Shown piece by piece: positions 40,851-54,395 of a stretch of 64,000 nucleotides of DNA (position 1 is its first letter; each line of letters opens with the position of its first letter). The stretch comes from the human T2T-CHM13v2.0 reference genome, Homo sapiens. The DNA lies in assembly GCF_009914755.1 (NCBI RefSeq), contig NC_060930.1, one strand, 5' to 3'. The position numbers and the translations under genes are program-made. The notes beneath the pieces were generated by a model. That model did no database searches. It had not been told where the DNA came from and saw only the letters and a program-made list of their open reading frames with translations.

Positions 40851-41371
40851 AAGAAGATACACAGAAGGGCACATGATGAGGGGACTTAGGAGTGGGTTCT
40901 GCAGTGGAAGTGCCCGTGCAACCTTGGATAAATTACTCAAGTCCTTTAAGCTTGGTTTCCTTATTCACAAAATAAGAATCAGAAAGTCTATCCTCTTGGA
41001 TTTCCATATCCTGGTAATTCTGCTTTTCTGGTGAAATACTGATCGATACAATTCCTTATGGAGAGTTGACTTCCCTCACTGAAGTGGGGGGCAGGGTGTC
41101 CATTTCCCATGACCCCTTAATTCTCAAACTCGAAGTGTCCTATTCCTTGAGCCATCCCTGGCCACAGGAGCAGAACCTGATGAAGGTGAGTCAGTCGGTC
41201 ACCTCCCAGTCCCCAGCAGCAGTGATGGACTGAGGGCTGTGCACATTCGCTAAGTTGATCTAGTCAGGGGAATGTCCAGGTCTCTTACTAGATAACATGA
41301 GTAAGAGCACACATGGCTCTAGGAGTTCCCCGCAGCCATCTCACTAGCTTGGGTGAAGTTAGTCTGCAGAC

Positions 41372-41990
41372 TGTTGACAACAAATATTTTTGTGTTGTAA
41401 AATACTTGAAGAGATTTATTCTGAGCCAAATATAAGTGACCATGTCCCATGACACAGGCCTCAGGAGGTCCTGAGAACATGTGGCCAAGGTGGTCCGGGT
41501 GCAGCTTGGTTTTAGGGAGGCATGAGACATCAATCAAATACATTTAAGAAATACATTGGTTTGGTCCAGAAAGGCCAAAGTGGGGGTGGAGCTTTCCAGC
41601 TTGTAAGTCGATTTTAAAAAGTGGGGAGTTTCCAGTTTATAGGTAGATTTAAATTTTTTCTGATTGACAATACGTTTATTTATCTAAAGATCTGGGATCA
41701 GTAGAAATGAGTGTCTGGGTTAAGATAAAGGATTGTGGAGACCAGAGTTCTTATCTGCAAAGGAAGCCTTCAGGTAGTAGGCTTCAGAAAGAATAAGTTG
41801 TAAAATGACTCTTATCACACTTGAATTCCATGTTGATATTAATGCCAGAGAGGTATAACGAGGCATGACCACCCCTACTTCCCATCATGGCCTGAGCTAG
41901 TCTTGCAGGTTAAATTTTAAGAGTGCCTTGGCTGAGGACGAAGTCCATTCAGATGGTTGGGGGAACTTAGAATTTTATTTTTGGTATACA
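41372..41990 (-). mobile_element. MER4-family solo LTR (MER4A/B-like)
   Basis: gagatttattctgagccaaatat...ctcaggaggtcctgagaacatgtg...ttagaattttatttttggtataca. Confidence 0.85.
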
Positions 41991-42102
41991 GGACAAAGCA
42001 GACAGGAGGAGTAAGGCAGAACCAACAGCGGAGAAACACAGTTGCCGCTTTAATGATGGTGTGGGCCTCTGGAACCTGAATCCCCACTTGGCTTTCACTT
42101 TA

Positions 42103-42672
<570 letters not shown>

Positions 42673-44429
42673 CTATGTCTACCATAACAGACCTGGAGGG
42701 CATCTTTCCCAGCTTTGTTGGGAGACCTTATAGGAGATAAAGTCTACGAATATACAAATTATAACAAAGACCTGAGATAAGGAAAAAGACACAATTGCCC
42801 ATTTACATCCTCTGAGCATCTGCATCTGGTCCTATCTCAGATCCCACCTTTGCATCTTCAAAATTCCTAAGCAAAAGATTCTCATTTTTGCTTTAATTAG
42901 CTGGAGTTACGTTTCTATCAATTCCAACTTAAAGAGTTCTGATGAACGTGTATCCTTTTCCAGATGGCTTTGTTTAAATGCAAATATATCCCGTAAGATG
43001 ACTAACATGAGTCCAGGGGTACAGGGACTTGATGACAGAGGTGGCGCAACTGTGCTCCCTGGGACAGCCTCTAGGCGGCGGCCAAATGCATGTGTCTGCA
43101 GGCCCCACCCCCACCCCATGCTAAGCAGCTCTACTTCTCTCTCTTCTGTTGTATGGACTGGGCTTCTGCATGAACAGCTGTTTGAAGAAAGGAGTCCACG
43201 GTTAAAAGTATTTGAAAACCACTGGCTTGTCAGATTTAACAGAAGAGAGCAGGGCAGGAAGGCAATGGGATGTAGAGAAGTCTTGTTTTCCAAGGCCTAG
43301 AAGAACTCTGCGAGAGAGGTCTGGAAAAGATCATGCAGTGCTAGAAATGAACACGAGAGGGCAGCCTAGAGACACTGGCAGCCTTGGCCCTAGTCCCAAA
43401 AAGGGAAATTTTCCTCTTTCCAGATGTGACCAACCCCTGGCTTAGACTGCCTGCCTCAGTCATGTTTTTCTTAATTTCATTATTAAGTATTAGTCCTCAC
43501 TCCCTATCGTGACTGTCTGAATTCAACTATAGTGAGAACAGATACCAGAACATTTTCTGTTGCCGTTGCTGCTAGTCATTATGCCTCTTGGACATTTTGC
43601 ATAATAGGTCAACTTTCCATGGATGTGTGTTTTGTTTGTTTGTTTGTTTTGTCCTATTTTTATGAAAATGATCATTGTGGAGAGAGACGGGTTATACCTC
43701 TGTACCTGTAAGTTGCTCTTTCCAATTTATCCACCAGACTCCGTGTGCTTGCTAAGCCCATCTCCCGCTAGGACCCGTATTAAACGATTAACCACCCTGG
43801 GTTTCCTAATAATGGGGAACACAAATTGATCTCTCAGCTGTTTTAACCTAAGATCCAAATACCCACGCTGACTCCAAGGTTTTTGACTTCCTATAAATCC
43901 AGGCAACTTTTTTTCCTGGATGTTCTCCACAGCCTTGGAAACTAGAATTCAGCTGGAATGGTTTCTACATAAGTGAATAAAAGTCTGTGAGGTGAACACT
44001 AAACTCCCAGTCACCTGGCTCTCCCTGTGTCACAAGGTCTTCTCGCAGAACAAACATTCCTGATCCAACTATTGACAGGAGTACAAGGCTCTCTTCGTTT
44101 CCCTTGGCTCCCCAAATCTCCATTAATCATTTCCTCACTGAGACCATTTGCTGAAATGCTCTGTAGCTTCAAAGTTGAATCTATTCTTGCTTCTTAATAG
44201 GCCATCTTATTATCTGGCTTTCTTTTCAAAAGCTCTTTATGTTCCTTCTTCTCAAAATCATTTGCACTTTGCCAAATGATACTATTTTGAATAACAGTAA
44301 GAGCATTCTAGAAGTAAATTGTGATCTAAAACTGGCTTCATCAAAATAAAACAGATTAAAAACTGTAAATGGGCCTAATTCAAAGGGACCTGAGCCAAGG
44401 AGGAGAGGCAAAAGTCAGCTAAACTTCTA

Positions 44430-44600
44430 GACTGAATTTAAGGAGGACCACCTGCTTCAGTATCACTTGGATTACTGGTTAAAAATGCAAAGTTCTGCAC
44501 CCAATATCTAACTTTCTAAATCTCTAGCAGTCATCTAGACATGTGCATTTTAAACACCCTCTTCGGGGCAGTGATGCACATTGAAGTTTGAGAGCCTCTG
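44430..44600. mobile_element. MER5-like hAT-Charlie MITE
   Basis: gttaaaaatgcaaa...gcattttaaaca...gatgcacattgaagtttgagagcctctg. Confidence 0.6.
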
Positions 44601-47299
44601 CCCCATAAATAAAATAAACCTATTTTATTTATATGGCCTTTTTCTCAGCCGGATACATCTCCTCACCTTGGAGGCCAAAAACAAGACTTTGAACACTTGT
44701 TAGCCTAATACTGCTCCATGACCACAGACTGTGTCCTAGCTGTTCAGAAATCCTATTCAAAAGCCACAAGGGGGACCAAACAAGAGGGTATGGATGATAC
44801 ATTAACTCAAATCCATCTCTACTATTGAAACGACCATGCCGGAAATATCCCTTCCTGATCATAAGGCACTGGTATCATGAGAAATATCACATCAGTGGAT
44901 ATGCAGGTCAGCATTGCACTATGTGTATAGGGGAGTCTAGAGAGCACCTCTTTCCATTCTTGTAGATTCCAACCAAATTATTCCTCCCTGTAAATTTCTC
45001 TGTTCCCAGCATCATTTCAATCTCTTCCCACATCATTATTTTATCCTTAGATACCTGATTTAGATTCATGTATCTATCACTAAATACAGTAGAGGTGCTC
45101 TTGAAGAAGTTTATGAAAAGATGGGTTTTTGTGCTTTGCTTTTTGGGAGGTTTTTACTTTCTTTGTATAAATCAAATCAAATTGTTGAATATGTCTTTGC
45201 TCATGATTCTATGAAATTTTGAGTTCATAAAGAAAATAAAATTTATCACCAGCAGATAACCTGCATAGCACACAGGACTTTGTTGAAGGGTATTTATTCA
45301 GTACAGCCCAGTGAGAGGACTCTTGGTCAGTGGAACTATAAATGCGTTATCCACAGGCAAGGCTATTCCTCTTTCAGTTGAAGGACTCTTTATGAGATCA
45401 TCTGAATTCCTTTTTAAATTAAGCTCCATGCTCACCAAAGAAACATTCTGATTATGATCTTGCTCCTTACATAACTTAGCAACAGGGAGGAAATGCTGTG
45501 AGTTTGCCTCCTGCCTTCTGGAGAAACCTTTTATCTTCATTTCTAGCCAACCACATTATAGTCTTCCTTTGGTTCAGAAAATCTTCCATGGTTTCTTTAA
45601 TAAAAGTAACATGTAACACTAAATAAAACTTACTTTTTCTGAGCTATGGCTTTAGTTCTCTTTTCTGAGAGTCTGCTTCTGACTCATCAATGGGTATGAA
45701 TTAGAGTGGCAGAGGGAAAGAGCTAAAGACTGATCAAACCTCCAACCTTACATTTCCCTGAAATTCACAGAAGATGCATAATGAGCTATCACCTTACATA
45801 TTTTTCACAACTGCTTTTACTCAGAAGTACCAAAATGCAAAGAACTCCTTCTTTCTTACAGGCTGCAGAGCCTCAGAGACCAAATAAACTGTGAGCATTT
45901 GAATGACAACTGAAACCTCTTGTGTGCATTTTTATTTATCTAACTCAAGATTTGCTAGAGTTCAAGCAACTATTTAAAGTTCAAAAACCTATGATTAATG
46001 TTTAAGTTGCTGATGAGATATTTTTCAGATCCTGATCATTGCTGAGCAATGGCATAACATTAAATGCTGGAGCAGCAAGATTTTACTTTCCAAAGGACTG
46101 AGCTTACAGAACATGAGAGGGAGGCAGGAAGAGGGAAAGGGTGGAGGAGTCTGAGGCAGCTGAATGATAAGCAAAGAACTCTTTTGTTCTTTTCACACTA
46201 CGGAATCAAAGCCATTTCAGTTCACTTCCCACACCTGAGATGTTTGTCACTAAGCCATTTCCTTCTCTCTGAAGTGGGTTTAGACAGTCATTTTGCTGTT
46301 GTGAAATTCACATCCCTCTTTTCCCAAACCACATCCATGCCTTTCTCAGTTCACCCTCCCCAGAAACACCTACTCTCAGGCAGGATTGGCAGTTTGCAAG
46401 TTTAGAGTCTCATAGAAGAGATAGATGACAAATAAAGCTAGAAAAAAAAACTCTTTTCAAGGAAATTGTAAGACCTCTTGAAATACAAAACCTATTTTTC
46501 CAGGTTTCTGATTTTAGCCAGTATGAAGATCAATGGAAGCAAACTGCATTACAATAAATGTTGTCAGTCCCACTGATATTCCTTGAAACTGTATGTTCAT
46601 GGAAGCCCACAGTCTGGCCTTGTTTCAGTGGGATGCTTACCTGAAGTTCACCTCACTACATTCCAGTTACTGAAGCACATGACAAGTTGTGACTTGTGCA
46701 TAGTTTTCCCCTGAGTTTTGAAAAGTAGAAAGCTGTTATTTAGCTTTGTGGTTTGTTGGGGTTTAAATTTCTGTTGCTATTGCAGCTGTCTTAGCAGTGC
46801 AAATCCCAAAGCAAAGAATGATGTGAAAAATTTTGCTCATTTTGAAAGTGTTAGAGAATTTTTTTTAACTTTGACTCCTTGAATTCTCCAGGAAATGATG
46901 TCAATCAGTTTAAACAAACAGCACTTTCCACAGAGCTCCCAGGCAAAGTCACATGGTGTTCTGTGTGCTTGGAGCTCACCAGGTTGGTATTATGAGAGGG
47001 GACAAGTCAATTGGTAAGTTATAGCAAGGAGGAAAGTTTGAAAAACTTGGAGGATGGATGAGTTCCTGAGTGATTACCTAATTCATTCTCTTGACCACAA
47101 ACAGTTCTATTGATGAACCTTTCCCAAGAGATGGCTTTCTATTGTGTTTTCAAATATTTTTAGAGGGGAAGCTCTGCTCTGCAGGTTAGATAAAATGGGT
47201 AAACTGTCAACTCTAAGGTGGGCTGTAAGTAGGACTAAAGACATCTGCTTCTTGTCTGTGGCAAAATCCTAGATTTGGATAGATCAAATTTGGATAGAT

Positions 47300-48188
47300 C
47301 ACATGCAAGAATATATAAACAAACAAACCTTTAGAGAAACAACACTGAACTAGAAGGGAATGTAAACCTATTTCCAAAGATTCTGAGAAAAATCTTGTAT
47401 TTGAAAAATAACTTTAAATCAGAAAGAAAAAATTTATGATGACATTTTCTTAATGTCATTAAAGGAAGCAGGACTACATGGCAACTATGAAAAAAGAGCA
47501 TAAAATTACAGGGAGAAAATTCATTAAGATGAAGACAGAGATAAAGAAAGAAGCATTCTTAAATTTAAAATGTAAAAAGTTCTGTAATCATACAGAATTG
47601 AAATGAATATGTGAATTGGAGGCATTAATGAATAGAATTGACAATGCATAAAATGAATTGGTCCTGTGGAATAGTAACTTAAATATCTCCCAGAGCGTCA
47701 AGTAAAACATAAAAGAGTTCAAATTGCCAAGAGTGAAGATGATTGATGATCAACATGGGTAGCCAAGGAAAGAAAATCATAAAATAATAGATGTTCCAGA
47801 AAAAAGATATGTGACTGATGAGAATAAAACAGAAACTAAAGATTCAATAAAACGAGATAAATATTAAGAAAGATCAAAAAGGAGTAGCATAAAACAAAAT
47901 AGCAGAAGAAAAAGCAGGTAAATTAGTTAAGACAATAATGAAAGTAAACAGGAAAAGATTTGTTTCCAAAGGGCAAATACCCAGAGTAAACATAAAACTA
48001 CCTGGGCTATCAGACTCCTAATATATAAATCAAAAGGACAAAGAAACATCAAATCTAAAAGAATAAAGAGTATTAGACAAATGGTAAAGATAAAAGAAAC
48101 TATGCTTATGGCATTTCTAGCCAGAGAAAGTAAAGTTATAATTACAATGAGAAACAGAATATTTTCATAAATTGATGAAAATTATGAT
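47300..48188 (+). mobile_element. Ancient L1 ORF1-like/HAL1 remnant (may continue at 62187-62340)
   Basis: Strongly A-rich; aatagaattgacaatgca, ataatagatgttccagaa motifs resemble an ORF1 coiled-coil/RRM junction. Confidence 0.45.
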
Positions 48189-48735
48189 TATCAGAGACAT
48201 TTGAACCAGAGCAACTCCATCTTGAATAGGGGCTAGATAAAATAAGGCTGAGACCTACTGGGCTGAATTCCCAGAAGGCTAAGGCATTCTTAGTCATAGG
48301 ATGAGATAGGAGGTCAGCATGAGATACAGGTAATAAAGACCTTGCTGATAAAACAGGTTGCAGTAAAGAAGCTAGATAAAACTCTGCCAAACCAAGACGG
48401 CAATGAGAGTGACTTCTGTTCGTCCTCACTGCTACACTCCCACCAGCACCATGACAGCTTACAAATACCATGGCAACATCAGGAAGTTACCCTATACGGT
48501 TTAAAAAGGGGAGACATGAACAATTCACTCCTTGTTTAGCATATAACCAAGAAATAACCACAAAAATGGATAACTCCAGAGGCTGTTCTGCCTATAGAGT
48601 AGGCATTCTTTTATTCCTTTACTTTCCTAATAAACTTGCCTTCACTTTACTCTATGGACTCGCCTCAAATTCTTTCTTGGGCGAGATCCAAGAACCCTCT
48701 CTTGGGATCTGGATTTGGACCCTGTTCCGGTAACA
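48189..48735 (+). repeat. MER41A 5' LTR
   Basis: tttgaaccagagcaactccatcttgaataggggct...gagatccaagaaccctctcttggg...gtaaca; lacks the MER41B tandem-GAS block. Confidence 0.9.
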
Positions 48736-48741
48736 TCTTTC

Positions 48742-48759
48742 TGGTGACCATGAAGGGAC
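48742..48759 (+). promoter_or_regulatory. Primer binding site, tRNA-Arg-like
   Basis: tggtgaccatgaagggac vs TGGCGACCACGAAGGGAC (two CpG transitions). Confidence 0.7.
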
Positions 48760-49354
48760 TATACTGAGGAGACCCCTAACCCAAAGGAAATAGACTGCAG
48801 TACTGATTGGCTGACTTTGGATAAATGGTCCGGTACCCAGATAAGGGATGAGATTGAGTTAGGGGCCCAACTTAGGGGAGTTAGAGCCTCTCCTAAGATG
48901 GAGAGGGTTAAAGGTCCCTCTTTATAAAAGGCAAGAACACTTGAATGAACTTGGATTAGAGTCAAAACTTAGGAAGTTTAGAGCCCTTCCTAAGATTTGG
49001 GGGGTTAGAGGCCCCTCTCAGTAAAGTCCCTGTAAGCTAAAAGTGAGTCTGGCACTATGGGATGTTAACCACAATTCTCTTTGGATGAATCTGTCTTGCA
49101 CTCTTTGCTTATGGCTATGAGTGACAGAATTAGGCATATATAGGATCATGGGACATGGGGAGCTTTTTCCTCCTCAAAAGGGGAAACTTGAGAGCTCATG
49201 GGACTGCTGGAAAAGATCCCTTCATGATTGACAAATGGCCACTTGAACTTTTGATTCAGCGTTGCTGGGATGGGTGGATGTTCCTCTGGCCTCCCTGCAC
49301 ATTTCACCTTCCCCACCCTGCTGCAGACAATGCTTTTCTTTCTCTCTTTCTTTC

Positions 49355-51595
49355 TGATATGGTTTGGCTCTGTGTTCCCACCCAAATCTCACCTTGAATT
49401 GTGATAATCCCTATGTGTCAAGGGTGGGAACAGGTGATCATTGAATCATGGGGGCGGTTCCCCCATACTGTTGTCATGATAGTGAGTGAGTTCTCATGAA
49501 AGCTGATGGTTTTATAAGGGGCTTCTCCTTTGCTCGGCACTCATTTTCTCTCTTGCAGCCCTGTGATGAGGTGCCTAACACCATGATTGTAAGTTTCCTG
49601 AGGCCTCCCCAGCCATGCAGAACTGTGAGTCAATTAAATGTCTTTTTTAAATAAATTACCCAGTTTTGGATATTTCTTCATAGCAGTGCAAGAAGGGACT
49701 AATATAGTAAATTGGTACCAGGAGTAGGGTAATAGTATAATGATACTTAAAAATGTGGAAGCAACTTTGGAACTGGGTAACAGGCAGAGGTTGGAACAGT
49801 TTGGAGGGCTCAGAATAAAACTGGGAAATGTGGGAAAGTTTGAAACTTCCTAGAAACTTGTTGAATGGCTTTGACCAAAATGCTGATAGTGATAGGGACA
49901 ATGAAGTCCAGACTGAGGTGGTTTCAGATGGAGGTGAGGAACTTGTTGGAAACTGGAGTAAAGGTCACTCGTGCTATGCTTTAGCAAAGACACTGGTAAG
50001 ATTTTGCTCCTGCCCTAGAGACGAACTTGAGAGAGATGATTTAGGGTATCTGGCAGAAGAAATTTCTAAGCAGCAAAGCATTCAAGAGAGAGCAGAGCAT
50101 AAAAGTTTGGAAATTTTGCAGGATGATGATGTAATAGAAAAGAAAAACCCATTTTCTGAGGAGACATTCAAGCTGGCCACAGAAATTTGCATAAGTAACG
50201 AGGAGATGAATGTTAATAACCAAGACAATAGGGAAAATGTCTCCACGGCATGTCAGAGACCTTCATGGCAGACCTCTCATCACAGACACAGAGGCCTAGG
50301 AGGGAAAAATAGTTTCCTGGGCTGGGCCCCAAAACCCCCTGCTTTATGCAGCCTCGGGACATGGTGCCCTGTATTCCAGCTGCTTCAGCTCCAGCTGTGG
50401 CTAAAACGGGCCAGGTAAAGCTCAGGTCATTGCTTCAGAGTGTGCAAGCTTCAAGCCTTGGTGATTTCCATATAGTGTTGAGCCTGTGGCTGCACAGAAG
50501 TCAAGAACTGAGGTTTAGGAACCTCTGCCTAGATTTCAGAGGATGTATGGAAATACCTGGATGTCCAGGCAGAAGTGTGCTACAGGGGCAGAGCCCTCAT
50601 GGAGAACCTCTGCTAGGGCAGTGCAGACGAGAAATGTGGGGTTGGAACCCTCCCACAGAGTCCCTACTGGGGCACTGCCTAGTGGAGCTATGAGAAGAGG
50701 GTCACCGTTCTCTAGACCCCAGAATGGTAGATCCACTGACAGCTTGCCCCGTGTGCTTGGAAAAGCTACAGGCACTCATTGCCAGCACATGAAAGCAGCC
50801 AGAAGAGGGGCTGTACCCTGCAAAGCCACAGGGATAGAGCAGCCCAGTTCTGTGGGAGCCCCATTCTTGCATCAGTATGACCTGAATATGAAACATGGAG
50901 TCAAAGGAGATCATTTTGGAACTTTAAGGTTTAATGACTGTCCTATTGGATTCAGACTTGCATGGAGTCTGTAGCCCCTTGGTTTTGGCCCATGTCTCCC
51001 ATTTGGAATGGGTGTATTTACCAAATGCCTGTACCCACATTGTATCTAGGAAGTAACTAGCTTGCTTTTGATTTTACAGGCTCATAGGTGGAAGGGAATT
51101 GCTTTGTCTCAGATGAGATTTTGGACTTAAATTTTTAGGTTAATGCCAGAATGAGTTAAGACTTTGGGGGACTGTTGGAAGGGCATAAATGTATTTTGAA
51201 ATATGAGGACATGAGATTTAGGAGGGGCCAGGGACAGAATAATATGTTTTGCCTCTGTGTTCTCACCTAAATCTCACCTTGAATTGTAATAATCCCCATG
51301 TGTCAAGGGTGAGACCAGGTGGAGATAATTGAATAATGGGGGCGGTTCCCCCATGCTGTTCTCATGATAGTAAGTGAGTTCTCATGAGATCTGATGGTTT
51401 TATAAGGGGCTGCCACCTTCACTTGGCACTCATTCTCTCTCCTGCCATGGTGTGAATAGGTGCCTTCTGCCATGATTGTAAGTTTCCTGAGGCCTCCCCA
51501 GCCATGCAGAACTGTGAGTCAATTAAACCTCTTTTCTTTACAAATTACCCAGTCTCAGGTATTTCTTCATAGCAGGGTAACAATGGAATAATGCA
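49355..51595 (+). mobile_element. Complete THE1 (THE1C/D-like) MaLR element: LTRs 49355-49706 and 51240-51595 plus internal region
   Basis: tgatatggtttggctctgtg LTR start; internal MWESLKLPRNLLNGFDQNADSD peptide typical of the THE1 internal ORF. Confidence 0.92.
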
Positions 51596-54395
51596 CCCTC
51601 CTTTCCCTTTTTTATATTTTCTGTCACTCAGGGCAACCATCTTGCCCAGAGGCCACATGTTGAAAAATGTCCTTGGGAGCTTGACCTTGTAATCACATGG
51701 TGGTACTTTCTCTTGGTCTCTGCCATGCAGGGAATAGGAATTTGGGGGTTCAAGAGCTAGCCCTAAAAATTATCTTGAGCAGTTAAAAGCCTTTGAAAGT
51801 TCAAAACTGGCTTCTCTAGACTCCTTCTGGGAAGTACAGTGGAAATTGCCCAATGCTGTAGCTCAGCAGATAAGGCTTCACCGTTTTACTATAGTGGCCT
51901 GGGTTCAATATCCAGATTTTGGAATGAGTCTTTTCTGATTTGATATCTATGTGACCTTTGCCATTTTAAAATTCTTTTCCCCTCCATGAACCATCTTGAA
52001 TTTTCCTTTCTCTGAGCACAGGGGATGTTTCTTTTAGTAAAGTTGAAAAGCCAGAAATATTGGACATTTGGCCTGGCTAAATTTGGGTAATAAGAAATTT
52101 AATTTAAAAAAAAAAAAGAGTGCTGTAGTTAAAAGTCAGTTTGATTAAAAGTAGATATTCAAGCTCTAACAGCCTGGGACTCCTTGGGGATAACAAGAGG
52201 TGCCACAGACCCCATTTTGGGAAAAACCTTTGTTTTCCTCATGAAACCTCAGGAATTGAAAATGTATAGATCCCTCTCAAAATCTAAGGCTTTGCATTGT
52301 GTTATCTGACATTTTTGACTTTGGAGGGTATCAGAAATTACTTTGCTAATATTATAAGAGAGTTTTAGTGTGTACCAACTAGATTGAAAATATACTTTTG
52401 GGGATGGCTAATAGCAGTTACGGGGGGATTCTTGGATTTGCACATTTGCATAAGAGAAGCATGCTCTTGGACACCTAGGAAGTATGCAGAAGTCCCTAGA
52501 CTCCACCAAGAGATAAGACTCCCATGAGAGATGGGCTGATTCTCTCTTTTTGGGATCCAGGATGGTGGTATAAAAATGGGACTCTTAATTTTAGGGGTCT
52601 GTTTTTGCCTTCTAGCTGTGCCTGCTTATTAGGCTATACAAACTGCATGCTTTCCTGGCCCTGTTCTTCCAAGGGCTTCACCTTGAAGCCAGTAATTCAA
52701 TTAGAAAACTGGCAAATGAAAAATCTTACGACTACTGGATCTTCTTCTGTCTGTATATTTATATGTGTTGTGTGTGATGATATAAAAGAGCTTTGATTAA
52801 TGGCTTAAAAATAGTAAATGCTTAAATCAAATATTTTGTCAGAAAAGTAAAAAGTGGAATGCCTCTTAGATCACATGATTTAAGTAATCTTTGGAAAATA
52901 AAAACAGTTTTACAAGCAAGGTATGTAAGGAAAGTAAAATGTGTTTCTGGTAAAAGATTATAAGAAGGCAAGAGGATATAGTTTTTTTTCTTTTGTTTTG
53001 TTTTGTTTTGCCTAGATTTAAAAGTTGAAGAATTGTTTTAAATTGGATAAGATAAAGCTAAAAGTTTAAGCAAGTTGTGGAAGGCTTGCAAAAAGTTAAT
53101 CTTGTAAAAGAAATTCTGAATATGAACATATTACCTAAAGTTAAAGGTATTATTCAATTTTTCCATAAATTGAACAATGGAATATAAGCACATCAGGTGT
53201 TTCTTAGAGCACTGATCTGCTCTTTCACAAAAATTATAAAGGCTTATAAGAGGTTTATAATCCACTTTGCTAGGGAGGTGAGAAAAAAAGTTTATAGGTA
53301 TCTTATCTTATGGTCAAACTGATTAAGATTGAATAAATTTGTCTATAAAGTTTTATTAAGAATTAGGGAGTTTGTTAGAAGATGGCCAAATAGGAACAGC
53401 TCTGGTCTACAGCTCCCCGTGTGAGCGACGCAGAAGATGGGTGATTTCTGCATTTCCATCTGAGGTACTGGGTTCATCTCACTAGGGAGTGCCAGACAGT
53501 GGGCGCAGGACAGTGGGTGCAGGGCGCCGTGCGCAAGCCCAAGCAGGGCTAGGCATTGCCTCACTCGGGAAGTGCAAGGGGTCAGGGAGTTCCTTTTCCT
53601 GGTCAAGGAAAGGGGTGACAGACAGAACCTGGAAAATCGGGTCACTCCCACCCCAATACTGCACTTTTCCGATGGGCTTAGGAAACGGCGCACCACAAGA
53701 TTATATCCCGCACCTGGCTCGGAGGGTCCTATGCCCATGGAGTCTCCCTGATGGCAAGCACAGCAGTCTGAGATCAAACTGCAAGGCGGCAGCGAGGCTG
53801 GGGGAGGGGCGCCCACCATTGCCCAGGCTCGCTTAGGTAAACAAAGCAGCTGGGAAGCTCGAACTGGGTGGAGACCACCACAGCTCAAGGAGGTCTGCCT
53901 GCCTCTGTAGGCTCCACCCCAGGGCACAAACGAACAAAAAGACAGCAGTAACCTCTGCAGACTTAAAAGTCCCTGTCTGACAGTTTTGAAGAGAGCAGTG
54001 GTTCTCCCAGCACGCAGCTGGAGATCTGAGAACAGGCAGACTGCCTCCTCAAGTGGGTCCCTGACCCCTGACCCCCGAGCAGCCTAACTGGGAGGCACCC
54101 CCAAGTAGGGGCAGACTGACACCTCACACGGCTGGGTACTCTTCTGAGACAAAACTTCCAGAGGAACGATCAGACAGCAGCATTCGCGGTTCACAAAAAT
54201 CCACGGTTCTGCAGCCACTGCTGCTGGTACCCAGGCAAAGAGGGTCTGGAGTGGACCTCTAGCAAACTCCAACAGACCTGCAGCTGAGGGTCCTGTCTGT
54301 TAAAAGGAAAACTAACAAACAGAAAGGACATCCACACCAAAAACCCATCTGTACATCACCATCATCAAAGACCAAAAGTAGATAATACCACAAAG

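Noticed and set aside
47273-47301. Direct repeat atttggatagatca x2 (CRISPR-like or regulatory?)
   Set aside because: Simple tandem micro-duplication with no spacer array; eukaryotic context.
49828-50418. 196-aa ORF
   Set aside because: Known THE1/MaLR internal ORF remnant, frameshifted; not a host gene.
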